Shown in pieces: positions 30,045-38,745 of a stretch of DNA of 64,000 nucleotides. The DNA comes from Rubripirellula sp. (GTDB taxonomy: Bacteria > Planctomycetota > Planctomycetia > Pirellulales > Pirellulaceae), in contig OZ244207.1 of NCBI GenBank assembly GCA_965216875.1, positions 3,584,001 to 3,648,000 of the forward strand, given 5' to 3'. The position numbers and the translations under genes are program-made. The notes beneath the pieces were generated by a model. The model did no database searches. It was not told the origin of the DNA and saw nothing but the letters and a program-made list of their open reading frames with translations. Each line of letters begins with the position of its first letter. Within the stretch, counting starts at the first letter, position 1.

Positions 30045-30392
30045 CTATTTCTTTGCGTACTGTGCTCGAGCTGGAGCGATTTCGCCGAGGCTCGTGCCAC
30101 TCTTCTTGGCGTAGCGTTCCTTGCTGCCGTTTTCGAGGTAGCGAACACCAACGCGGGTTGGCTTTCCGGTACCTGGATCGACCAGCATCACGTTGCTGGC
30201 ACTGATTGGCATTTCTTTGTTCAGTCGGCCGCCCTGCGGGTTCTTTTGGCTGCGGCGAACGTGCTTCCAGACTCGGCCTGCACCTTCGACAACCACTTTG
30301 TTCTTCTTGCGGTCGACTTTAAGGATCTTGCCACGATGCCCTTTGTCAGCACCGGCGACCACTTCGACTTCGTCATTGATGCGAAACAACAT
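30045..30392 (-). CDS. rplX: 50S ribosomal protein L24
   Basis: DEVEVVAGADKGHRGKI (KOW motif), EMPISASNV. Confidence 0.97.
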   Translation of the reverse strand: MLFRINDEVEVVAGADKGHRGKILKVDRKKNKVVVEGAGRVWKHVRRSQKNPQGGRLNKEMPISASNVMLVDPGTGKPTRVGVRYLENGSKERYAKKSGTSLGEIAPARAQYAKK

Positions 30393-30451
30393 GGTTTACT
30401 ATCGTGTACAAATGGGTGGTGTTTGTTTTGTTCTGTCTGATCGGTAATCAA

Positions 30452-30820
30452 TCAAACCACTTCGTTTGCCAAGCTGACGATCTTCATGAAGCTGCGATCA
30501 CGCAATTCGCGAGCGACCGCACCGAAGATACGTGTGCCACGAGGTGCTTTGTCCTTGTCGATCAACACCACAGCGTTGGAATCGAAACGGATGTAGCTTC
30601 CATCGGGACGACGCGTCGGTTGCTTGGTTCGCACGATCACGGCGCGAACAATCGACTTCTTCTTGATGTCGCTGCCAGGGATCACACTTTTGACCGAGCA
30701 GACGATGACGTCGCCCACCCCGGCAAAACGGCGACGGCTACCGCCGAGCACCTTGATGCACATCACTTCACGGGCGCCGGTGTTGTCGGCAACGTCAAGT
30801 CGGGATTCTTGTTGGATCAT
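30452..30820 (-). CDS. rplN: 50S ribosomal protein L14
   Basis: [31 protein letters not shown]. Confidence 0.98.
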   Translation of the reverse strand: MIQQESRLDVADNTGAREVMCIKVLGGSRRRFAGVGDVIVCSVKSVIPGSDIKKKSIVRAVIVRTKQPTRRPDGSYIRFDSNAVVLIDKDKAPRGTRIFGAVARELRDRSFMKIVSLANEVV

Positions 30821-30900
30821 CTTTGCAAACTTGTTTGGTTGGTTTGGCCAGCCTTTGCTTGGCGGGCTTCATCATCGATTGGTGAGTGCAACGGCCGAAC

Positions 30901-31266
30901 TCACTCGGCGGCTGCGTCACCTTCTGTCTTGTTCTCTTCGCCAGCGTGAGCCGCTTCGATCGCCTCGGATTCGGCTTGGGTGGCACCCTTGCGAGCGGCA
31001 CGCAGTGCGGCCAAGTCGACTTCGGTGCTCTTTTCCAAGACGCGAACCAGCCGCCATCGCTTCAACTTGCTCAGCGGTTCCGATTCGATGATCTCGACGC
31101 GGTCACCAGCACCCGACTCGTTCTGCTCATCATGGGCATAACAGACGGTTCGGCGACGAACGTATTTCTTGTACTTCGGGTGTTTGACCAGGCGGTTGAT
31201 CTCGACGCGACGAGTCTTGCTCATCTTGTCGCTGGTCACGATTCCGGATACGACGCGCTTCGGCAT
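30901..31266 (-). CDS. rpsQ: 30S ribosomal protein S17 with acidic Ala-rich C-terminal extension
   Basis: GIVTSDKMSKT, HPKYKKYV, AHDE, PLSKLKRW. Confidence 0.97.
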   Translation of the reverse strand: MPKRVVSGIVTSDKMSKTRRVEINRLVKHPKYKKYVRRRTVCYAHDEQNESGAGDRVEIIESEPLSKLKRWRLVRVLEKSTEVDLAALRAARKGATQAESEAIEAAHAGEENKTEGDAAAE

Positions 31267-31292
31267 GTAGTCGGCTCGGGTTTCTTTGGGGG

Positions 31293-31502
31293 TTAGTTAC
31301 TGGCTGCCGCGGCCTTAACTCGCTCGGTTTGGATCGTTTTGATCCGAGCAATCAGGCGGCGGTTCTTTCGGATTTCGCTGGGCGTATTCAAACGCTCGGA
31401 CTGCGATTGGAAACGAAGACGGAACAGGGTGTGCGAAGCTTCCTTGATGGTCGCTTCGAGCTGTTCGTCGCTCATTTCACGAAGTTCAGTCGTGGTGCTC
31501 AT
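31293..31502 (-). CDS. rpmC: 50S ribosomal protein L29
   Basis: ELREMSDEQL, LFRLRFQ, RRLIARIKTI. Confidence 0.96.
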   Translation of the reverse strand: MSTTTELREMSDEQLEATIKEASHTLFRLRFQSQSERLNTPSEIRKNRRLIARIKTIQTERVKAAAASN

Positions 31503-31587
31503 GGCGTTGCCTTAACGTCAAGTCAACTCTTGTCTGGTTTGTCAGGTCATCTGCCCGATCAAGTCGATCGGGCTCAGACCAAAAAGG

Positions 31588-32004
31588 TCAGGCGGGGCGT
31601 CGTTCTACAAAACGGACCTTCACCGGCAGTTTGCTGGCCAAACGGGCGAAGCAAACTTTGGCTTGTTGTTCGGTCACACCGCCAAGTTCGTAAAGGATCG
31701 TGCCCGGCTTAACGACCGCGGCCCAGAAGTCAGGCTCACCCTTACCTTTACCCATTCGAGTTTCCAGCGGGGTGCTGGTCACCGACTTGTCTGGGAAGAT
31801 ACGAATGTAAAGCTTGCCTTCACCGCGAACGTATTGCTGGGCGGCGATACGCCCGGCTTCGATCGTCGTTGCTTTGACCCAACCTGGCTCCAATGCTTGG
31901 ATACCGTAGTCACCAAAGACGACCGTGTTGCCGCGCGTCGCGCTACCTTTTATACGACCTCTTTGGCTTTTTCGATGCTTGACCCGCTTGGGCATCAGAG
32001 CCAT
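31588..32004 (-). CDS. rplP: 50S ribosomal protein L16
   Basis: [29 protein letters not shown]. Confidence 0.98.
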   Translation of the reverse strand: MALMPKRVKHRKSQRGRIKGSATRGNTVVFGDYGIQALEPGWVKATTIEAGRIAAQQYVRGEGKLYIRIFPDKSVTSTPLETRMGKGKGEPDFWAAVVKPGTILYELGGVTEQQAKVCFARLASKLPVKVRFVERRPA

Positions 32005-32653
32005 CTGCGTCGTCTCCGTAAGTACCTTGGTTAATCCACACCTGAATGCCGATGTGCCCTTGTGGGGTCATCGCTTCGGTGAAGCCGTAATCAATCTTTG
32101 CTTGCAGGGTCGAAAGCGGAATCGAACCGGCGATCTGCTTTTCACGCCGAGCCATTTCAGCTCCGCCCAATCGACCCGCCATTTGGATCTTGATGCCCTT
32201 GGCACCAGCGTCCATGGTTTGTTCGAGCGACCGCTTCATGGTGCGGCGGAAACTCGATCGTTTGGCAAGTTGTTGAGCAATGTCCTCAGCGACAAGCTGA
32301 GCCTGCAATTCTGGTCGGCCAACTTCCTCAACCTTCAAGTTGATGCGTCGACCAATCAAGTTTTGGAGTTCGGCCTGGAGGATCTCGATCTCCTGGCCTT
32401 TCTTACCGATGATCAGACCGGGTCGAGCGACGTACATCATCACGCGGACTTCGTCACGCGTTCGCTCGATTTCAATCCGGTCGATTCCGGCGTTCTTGTA
32501 TTGGGTTTTCTTGGGGTGGTTGGTGATGAACTCGCGAAGCTTGCGATCCTCGACCAACAAATCGGCAAAGTCCTGCTTCGACGCATACCAACGACTGCTC
32601 CAGCCGCGGGTGACGCCAGTTCGGAATGCGATTGGGTTAACTTTTTGACCCAT
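31943..32653 (-). CDS. rpsC: 30S ribosomal protein S3
   Basis: MGQKVNPIAFRTG, ARPGLIIGKKG, GRLGGAEMAR, IPLSTLQAKIDY. Confidence 0.98.
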   Translation of the reverse strand: MGQKVNPIAFRTGVTRGWSSRWYASKQDFADLLVEDRKLREFITNHPKKTQYKNAGIDRIEIERTRDEVRVMMYVARPGLIIGKKGQEIEILQAELQNLIGRRINLKVEEVGRPELQAQLVAEDIAQQLAKRSSFRRTMKRSLEQTMDAGAKGIKIQMAGRLGGAEMARREKQIAGSIPLSTLQAKIDYGFTEAMTPQGHIGIQVWINQGTYGDDADGSDAQAGQASKKPKRSYKR

Positions 32654-32730
32654 GATTTGCCTTTATGCTTTTTGCACCTGAATGCGTTTGGTCAATTTCC
32701 TGTCACCGGCGGTCACCGGCGTGTTGTTTC

Positions 32731-33093
32731 CTAAAGCTCGTCAATCGGGGTCAGGCCAACGCGAATGTGGCTGCTGCGTTTCTTGATCATGAACGCAGTC
32801 CCACGAGCACGAGGACGGATCCGCTTGAACATTGGCCCGCCATCAATGCGAACGTCGGTCACCACCAACTCTTCGATGCGGTGGCTGCGACCCTTGTTTT
32901 GGTCGGGGTCTTGAGCGTTGCCGACAGCACTCTTGATCACCTTTTCCAACATGCGAGCACCACGCTGCGGCTGATACTTGAGCGTATCGAGCGCTTCGTC
33001 GGCGTACATGCCACGAACCAAATCCGCAACCAGTCGCACCTTCTGTGCACTGATTCGGGCGTTCTTGTGATATGCCGTAAATGTCGTTGCCAT
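32731..33093 (-). CDS. rplV: 50S ribosomal protein L22
   Basis: RISAQKVRLVADLVRG, KRIRPRARG, KKRSSHI; ATG at 33093. Confidence 0.97.
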   Translation of the reverse strand: MATTFTAYHKNARISAQKVRLVADLVRGMYADEALDTLKYQPQRGARMLEKVIKSAVGNAQDPDQNKGRSHRIEELVVTDVRIDGGPMFKRIRPRARGTAFMIKKRSSHIRVGLTPIDEL

Positions 33094-33207
33094 TGTCAAT
33101 TCGCTTTCAACTTCGAGCGGCGTCTGCCGCAATTGTTTCGCGCTTTCTGTTTCGTCTTACCGAAGCCGTTTCAGGAAGGACTCAATCAAAGAAGACTGAA
33201 GCCAACC

Positions 33208-33480
33208 TTACTTCTTGCCGCCCTTACCGCCGTGACCTTTGAAGGTTCGCGTCGGAGCAAACTCGCCCAACTTGTGGCCGACCATGTCTTCAGTGACATG
33301 AACCTTCACATGCTTGCGACCGTCGTGAACCATGAACGTCACGTTCACAAACTCAGGAACAATCGTGCAAGCACGTGCCCAAGTCTTGATTGGCTCGTTG
33401 CTGTTCGTTTCCGCCGCCTTCTGAACTTTGAAGAACAACTTCGGATCGACGAACGGGCCTTTCTTGCTACTACGGCTCAT
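33208..33480 (-). CDS. rpsS: 30S ribosomal protein S19
   Basis: [27 protein letters not shown]. Confidence 0.98.
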   Translation of the reverse strand: MSRSSKKGPFVDPKLFFKVQKAAETNSNEPIKTWARACTIVPEFVNVTFMVHDGRKHVKVHVTEDMVGHKLGEFAPTRTFKGHGGKGGKK

Positions 33481-33522
33481 TGAAAAACGTCTTTTCTATT
33501 TGCGTTAATACTTGTGTTCGGA

Positions 33523-34380
33523 TCAGTGCAGCTTCAGTTGACCGTACCGCTTGCTCTTGCGGCGACGAACAATCGAGCTGTTACTTGGTTTACGTTTTTG
33601 TCGAGTCGAACCACCCTTGGCACTCTTGCCCGATGGGCTCACTGGGTGACGACCGCCCTTGGTACGACCTTCACCACCACCGTGCGGGTGATCGATTGGG
33701 TTCATCGCGGTACCACGAACGTGTGGACGACGGCCGAGCCAACGAGCACGACCCGCTTTACCCAAGCGAACGTTCATGTGATCGCTGTTGCCAACCTGGC
33801 CAATCGTGGCACGGCAAACGCTTGGAACACGGCGAACTTCGCCACTTGGAAGTGAAAGCTGAGCCCAATCGGCCTCGCGTGCCATCAACGTGGCTTGCGT
33901 TCCTGCCGAGCGGCAAAGGACGGCACCACCACCAGCACGCAGCTCAACACAACAAACGGTCGTGCCGAGTGGAATGCGCTTCAGTGGCAGACAGTTGCCA
34001 ACGCTTGGTGGCGCGTCGGGGCCATTTTGAACGGTATCGCCAGCCTTCAAGCCAGCAGGTGCGATCACGTATCGCTTTTCGCCATCAGCGTATTTCAGCA
34101 GAGCGATGCGAGCGGTACGGTTGGGATCGTACTGGACCGAATCAACCACGGCAGGCATATCGTCTTTGACGCGACGGAAGTCGATCACGCGATACTTTTG
34201 CTTGTGACCGCCACCACGATGACGCGAGGTAATCTTGCCCTGGTTGTTGCGACCACCGGTTTTGCGCTTTGGCCGCAGCAAGCTCTTCTCTGGCTTGTAG
34301 CCAGGTGTCAGCTCGGCAAAGTCGCTGACCGACGCGTTGCGTCGCCCGGCGCTGGTCGGCTTGTAGATTCGAATTCCCAT
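33523..34380 (-). CDS. rplB: 50S ribosomal protein L2
   Basis: [39 protein letters not shown]. Confidence 0.99.
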   Translation of the reverse strand: MGIRIYKPTSAGRRNASVSDFAELTPGYKPEKSLLRPKRKTGGRNNQGKITSRHRGGGHKQKYRVIDFRRVKDDMPAVVDSVQYDPNRTARIALLKYADGEKRYVIAPAGLKAGDTVQNGPDAPPSVGNCLPLKRIPLGTTVCCVELRAGGGAVLCRSAGTQATLMAREADWAQLSLPSGEVRRVPSVCRATIGQVGNSDHMNVRLGKAGRARWLGRRPHVRGTAMNPIDHPHGGGEGRTKGGRHPVSPSGKSAKGGSTRQKRKPSNSSIVRRRKSKRYGQLKLH

Positions 34381-34441
34381 GTCAATTTTACGCTGTTAGC
34401 GGTTTTTTGATTGTGCGTTTGCTTTGGTCGAAGCAGTCGGC

Positions 34442-34765
34442 TTAGAAGAAGTCGATGCGATGATCTTCGTGAAGCTGAACGATTGCCTTCTTCCAATCGG
34501 AAGTTCGGCCGTACCGAAAACGGTAACGGCGAAGCTTGCCTTTGCGAGTCTGAGTGCGGACCTTCGTGACCTTCACGTCAAACAACTCTTCGACAGCCTT
34601 CTTGACGTCAAGCTTGGTGGCGTCGCGATGGATCTCGAAAGCGTACTGGTTGTTACGCGAGGCGCGGTGAACGCCCTTTTCGGTCACCAGCGGGCGAAGC
34701 AGAACCTGATGAGGCTCAAGCTGAATGCCGCCTTCTTTTTGTGCTGGAGGTTGAATCTTTGTCAT
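34442..34765 (-). CDS. rplW: 50S ribosomal protein L23
   Basis: RPLVTEK, ATKLDVKKAVEELFDVKV, WKKAIVQL. Confidence 0.97.
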   Translation of the reverse strand: MTKIQPPAQKEGGIQLEPHQVLLRPLVTEKGVHRASRNNQYAFEIHRDATKLDVKKAVEELFDVKVTKVRTQTRKGKLRRYRFRYGRTSDWKKAIVQLHEDHRIDFF

Positions 34766-34817
34766 TTCAATTCACTTCTATTTTGCAAACCGAGCCATCG
34801 TTGTTTGGGCCACAAAC

Positions 34818-35465
34818 TCAGTTGTCGTCGCCCGGCTTGTTGAAGGAGCCATCTTTGATCTTGTCCAACGCTTCTTTCGTAACCAGCATGCGGCGTGGCT
34901 TGAGCACCGAGAGTGCATTGAGCTCACGCACAGGCTGAATCGAAACGCCCGCGATGTTACGACCACTCTTGTAAACCGAAACGTCGTGATCGGCCGTTGC
35001 GATCAACGTGGTGGTGCCTTCAAGCCCAAGTGCCTTGAGCGTGGCAGCCATCTTTTGCGTCTTGGGGCCATCGAACTTCAGGCCATCGACCACGACGACT
35101 TCGCCGTCGTCGATCTTGCTGCGAATCGCCATGCGAGTGGCGAGCCTGACAGCCTTGCGGTTGAGCCGATAGCTGTAGTCACGAGGCTTGACCGTGCGTG
35201 CAACACCACCACCGCGGCGAACGTTGGTTCGCTTGCTGCCGGCACGGGCGTTACCAGTACCTTTCTGGCGGTACAACTTCTTGGTCGAACCCGATACTTC
35301 ACCGCGAGTGCGAGTGTTGTGCGAGCCCTGACGAAGATTCGCCTGGTACATCACCACAGCATCGTGCAACAATTGCTTGTTGACGCGATCCGCGAGCTGC
35401 TCGGTATCGATTTCGTACTTTCCGACTTCGCTGCCGGCTTCGTCAAATACTGTCAACGTTGCCAT
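34818..35465 (-). CDS. rplD: 50S ribosomal protein L4
   Basis: RGEVSGSTKKLYRQKGTGNARAGS; ATG at 35465 (MATLTV). Confidence 0.97.
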   Translation of the reverse strand: MATLTVFDEAGSEVGKYEIDTEQLADRVNKQLLHDAVVMYQANLRQGSHNTRTRGEVSGSTKKLYRQKGTGNARAGSKRTNVRRGGGVARTVKPRDYSYRLNRKAVRLATRMAIRSKIDDGEVVVVDGLKFDGPKTQKMAATLKALGLEGTTTLIATADHDVSVYKSGRNIAGVSIQPVRELNALSVLKPRRMLVTKEALDKIKDGSFNKPGDDN

Positions 35466-35467
35466 GA

Positions 35468-36163
35468 TCAACCCACCTTGTTCGTTTCGCGAATGGTAAC
35501 GAAGCCGCCATTTGGGCCAGGCACGGCACCGCGAACGAGCAACAAATTGTTTTCTGCGTCGACGCGAACCAACTCGAGGTTTCGCGACGTGGTTTTCGCA
35601 TTGCCATACTGGCCCGACATGCGAATCCCCTTGAACAAACGGCTTGGCGACGCACTGCAACCGGTACCCCCGGCGTGACGGTGCACCTTCTTGACACCGT
35701 GCGAAGCACGCTGGCCGCTAAAGTTGTGCCGCTTCATTACACCCGAGAAGCCGCGACCTTTGCTGGTGCCGGTCACATCAACCTTCTTGACCTCAGCAAA
35801 CTGCTCGACGGTCACGGTCGCACCGACCTCAAGATCCGATTCACCACGAAACTCGCGGATGAATCGCTGCGGCTCACAATCGGCCTTAGCAACAACCTCG
35901 ACGCCATTTTCGGCACGCTTCTTCGAGCGTTTGCTGTCGAGTTTTGCGACGTGGCCCCGCTCACTGCGGCTGGCCAATCGACGCGGCTTATCTTCGAAAC
36001 CTAGCTGAACTGCTTGGTATCCATCACGTTCTTGACTACGGACCTGCAGGACGTGACACGGACCAGCCTGAATCACGGTCACGGGCACAACCCGACCGTC
36101 TTCCAAGTAAACCTGAGTCATCCCGACTTTTCGGCCGAGGATTGATGGTGACATATCTTTCAT
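35468..36163 (-). CDS. rplC: 50S ribosomal protein L3
   Basis: LGRKVGMTQV, VTGTSKGRGFSGVMKRHNF, GAVPGPNGG. Confidence 0.98.
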   Translation of the reverse strand: MKDMSPSILGRKVGMTQVYLEDGRVVPVTVIQAGPCHVLQVRSQERDGYQAVQLGFEDKPRRLASRSERGHVAKLDSKRSKKRAENGVEVVAKADCEPQRFIREFRGESDLEVGATVTVEQFAEVKKVDVTGTSKGRGFSGVMKRHNFSGQRASHGVKKVHRHAGGTGCSASPSRLFKGIRMSGQYGNAKTTSRNLELVRVDAENNLLLVRGAVPGPNGGFVTIRETNKVG

Positions 36164-36407
36164 CTCGCCCTGCGATTAACAGGACGCCCGTCATTCGTTG
36201 ATGGATTCCAAGTTCGCCTAGCCGAACCACCAATACCGCAACACAAAACCAACCAGAAGACCAGAAGGGGGTTACGTACTGAGGTTATCGACCGGCTTCC
36301 GTTCATTCGGAAAACCGTCGTCTACATCAAAGTGCATCACCGCCGAATCAATTTCGCCCGAGCAACTCACTCGGGATGACCGGCGACTTCCGCCCCAGTC
36401 CAACCAA

Positions 36408-36734
36408 CTATCGAGCCGACGCCTTGATCTTGATGTCGACACCAGCTGGCAGGCTGAGTTTATTGAGTGCTTCAATCGTCTTGGCCGAAACCTCGACGAT
36501 GTCAATCAGTCGCTTATGGGTGCGGATCTCGTACTGCTGACGTGATTTCTTGTTCACAAAAGGACCCGACAAAACCGTGTACCGCTCAACGCGTGTCGGC
36601 AATGGAATCGGGCCGTGAACCACACTGTGAGTTCGCTTGACCGTATCAACAATCTCTTGGGCGCTCTGGTCCAGCACAGAGTGATCATAGGCTTCCATTC
36701 GGATTCGAATGACTTCACTTGGTCCGGCTGACAC
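36408..36734 (-). CDS. rpsJ: 30S ribosomal protein S10
   Basis: [33 protein letters not shown] start inferred at 36734. Confidence 0.97.
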   Translation of the reverse strand: MSAGPSEVIRIRMEAYDHSVLDQSAQEIVDTVKRTHSVVHGPIPLPTRVERYTVLSGPFVNKKSRQQYEIRTHKRLIDIVEVSAKTIEALNKLSLPAGVDIKIKASAR

Positions 36735-36934
36735 AGTTAACGTTCCAACAGAGAAAATGTGATACAGTGAAAAACTTGTCGCTCCACACGCCTCGTGCCG
36801 ATGCCCAAACTTGAGGGAACGACCTAGAGGACCGTAGCGAGAAGCGACGGTGTGAAGCAGGGCAGGCTGCCCAGCTTCGTCACAGCAGAAATCCGCTGAC
36901 CCGCAAGTGTTCACCACTCGCGGGGAAGCGGGAA

Positions 36935-36963
36935 AATTTAAGGCGAGTCGCATTTGCCGTCAA
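36935..36963 (-). promoter_or_regulatory. Sigma70 promoter of the S10-spc operon
   Basis: TTGACG-N17-TAAATT on the minus strand, about 200 nt upstream of rpsJ. Confidence 0.75.
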
Positions 36964-37066
36964 CGGCTGTTGCAGGTTTACTTCCAGAAATCTTCCCGAT
37001 TCTTTTACACCCACGTTCGCTGGTCTTTGCAGCCTGCCCAATCTCCCCTCGAAGCCGTTTTTGTTG

Positions 37067-37585
37067 ATGTCTCCAGACGCCCAGGACCCGCAAAACCTTC
37101 AATCATCCCCCGACCCGGACGGATTAACAGAGCCGCTGGTCGCCGAAGTGATCGAAACTGCAAACACCCCCTGGCCTCACCCGAAATGGTTGAAGTTGCT
37201 TGCATTTCTGGGCGCCGCCATCCCGCTTTCTCTGCTCGGGGTCGCCAGCCAACTCGAACCCGCATCTGCAGGACTGGGCACTCACCAGCAATTGGGGCTC
37301 CCACCCTGCTCGATGCGGGTGATGTTTGGACTTCGCTGCCCTGGCTGCGGGATGACCACGTCGTGGGCCTACTTTATGCGTGGATCGTGGGTCACCAGCG
37401 CGATGACTAACCTCGGTGGTTTTTTGCTTGCAATCTACTCACTCGCTTTCGCCCTTTTCTCCATCCGCAGCTTCTTTTCGGGCGAACTGCCGGGCTACCG
37501 CACTCAGGTGACCTTCGTCTACGCGATCGCAACCGTCGCCGCGATCACGGCGGTCGACTGGATCGTGCGACTCACCATCGCCTAG
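37067..37585 (+). CDS. DUF2752 domain membrane protein
   Basis: GLGTHQQLGLPPC...GLRCPGCGMTTSW, with several TM segments. Confidence 0.85.
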   Translation: MSPDAQDPQNLQSSPDPDGLTEPLVAEVIETANTPWPHPKWLKLLAFLGAAIPLSLLGVASQLEPASAGLGTHQQLGLPPCSMRVMFGLRCPGCGMTTSWAYFMRGSWVTSAMTNLGGFLLAIYSLAFALFSIRSFFSGELPGYRTQVTFVYAIATVAAITAVDWIVRLTIA

Positions 37586-37696
37586 TGCATACCGAATTCC
37601 TCCTTCTACAGGCGTAGTGGACGAGGCCGCGAGTCCCTGAATCGCCCCAAGGCTCCCCCCCCCAAAACCGAGTGCCTGTCCCCCAAAACCGAGTGA

Positions 37697-37806
37697 ACAC
37701 TCTCCCTTGGGAGAGTCGGGCTCTAAGGCCCGGAGAGGGTCTGTTCTGCCACAATCATTCCCTCCCCGGACTTTGCGTCCGACCCTCCTGCAAGCGGGAG
37801 GGTGAT
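37697..37806 (+). repeat. ~110-bp palindromic element, family C (ACACTCTCCCTTGGGAGAG...CCCTCCCGCAAGCGGGAGGGTGAT)
   Basis: Further copies at 40708-40816 (reverse) and 44060-44171. Confidence 0.9.
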
Positions 37807-37839
37807 CGCTGGAGACTCCACTTGCGGCGAGTGCCCGAG

Positions 37840-37902
37840 GCCTCACGACCGGCGCCTCACGACCGGCGGCTCACGGCCGGCGGCTCACGCCCCGCCGCTC
37901 AC
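37840..37902 (+). repeat. 14-bp degenerate tandem repeat (GCCTCACGACCGGC) x ~4.5
   Basis: Read directly from the sequence; followed by TTGACA at 37905. Confidence 0.8.
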
Positions 37903-37985
37903 ACTTGACAGGTGCTTCGCAAACTTCGTAGGTACCGACAACAACACGTGTTTTGTCGAATAGTTGAGCGAAAGGAATCGCCCAG

Positions 37986-38672
37986 ATGAGGACCCCGCCA
38001 TCGAACCGCACGCCGTCCTGGCGATCGGCTACCTCTCATACCGTGGCCGCTGGCCTGCTGGCCGTGATCATGCTTTCCCAGCCCGGGTGCTTGGGAATGG
38101 TTTCCAACCTGATGCATATGGTCGGCGCCGACATGGTCCCCGCAGCCTGCGAGGAACTCGAGCACAGCCGGGTTGCGATCTACACGACCACCGAAAGCAC
38201 CGACTACAAAGCCGATCCTGCGGCCGAACTGCTCAGCAAACAGGTCGCTGCTGTCCTGACCATGAAGGTCAAGAAAATCAAGCTTGTCCGCAACGACGAG
38301 ATCGTTGACTACCGAGACCGAACGGGCTGGGAAAGCGTCGATTTGGTGAAAATGGGCCAAGCAACCAAAGCGGACTACGTCGTCGCCATCGATCTCAAGG
38401 ACCTAAAACTCCGTGAAGGCAAGACGATGTTCCGCGGCACGGCATCAGTCGAAATCAACGTTTACGACGTCGAGTCCGACTCGGTGATCTACACCCGCAC
38501 CGTGGACGACTACATGTTTCCGCGGGTTGCTGGCCAGCACGTCAGCGAAACCGACGAAAAGCGGTTCCGCAAGCTTTACCTGACCATGCTCGCCCAAGAG
38601 ATCGGCCGGTCTTTCCACGCCTACGACTTTGCCGACACGTTTGCCCAAGATGGCTTGATCGCAAGCCAGTGA
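37986..38672 (+). CDS. Hypothetical lipoprotein
   Basis: SD AAGGA; hydrophobic leader ending SQPGC; CsgG/DUF799-like alpha/beta pattern (ADYVVAIDL). Confidence 0.75.
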   Translation: MRTPPSNRTPSWRSATSHTVAAGLLAVIMLSQPGCLGMVSNLMHMVGADMVPAACEELEHSRVAIYTTTESTDYKADPAAELLSKQVAAVLTMKVKKIKLVRNDEIVDYRDRTGWESVDLVKMGQATKADYVVAIDLKDLKLREGKTMFRGTASVEINVYDVESDSVIYTRTVDDYMFPRVAGQHVSETDEKRFRKLYLTMLAQEIGRSFHAYDFADTFAQDGLIASQ

Positions 38673-38745
38673 GGCGCGGGTTCGTTTTTTGCAAGAGTAG
38701 CGGACGGAGACTCGTTGCCTCGTCCACTACTAAGATAGGTCGGCT

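Noticed and set aside
37439..37846. Small protein family sharing LRALEPDSPKGEC / WESRALRPGEGL (also 37672, 40665, 43904, 44046)
   Set aside because: These are translations of the family C DNA repeat, with no SD or coding signal.
37905..37934. Sigma70 promoter at TTGACA
   Set aside because: No convincing -10 hexamer at 16-18 nt spacing.
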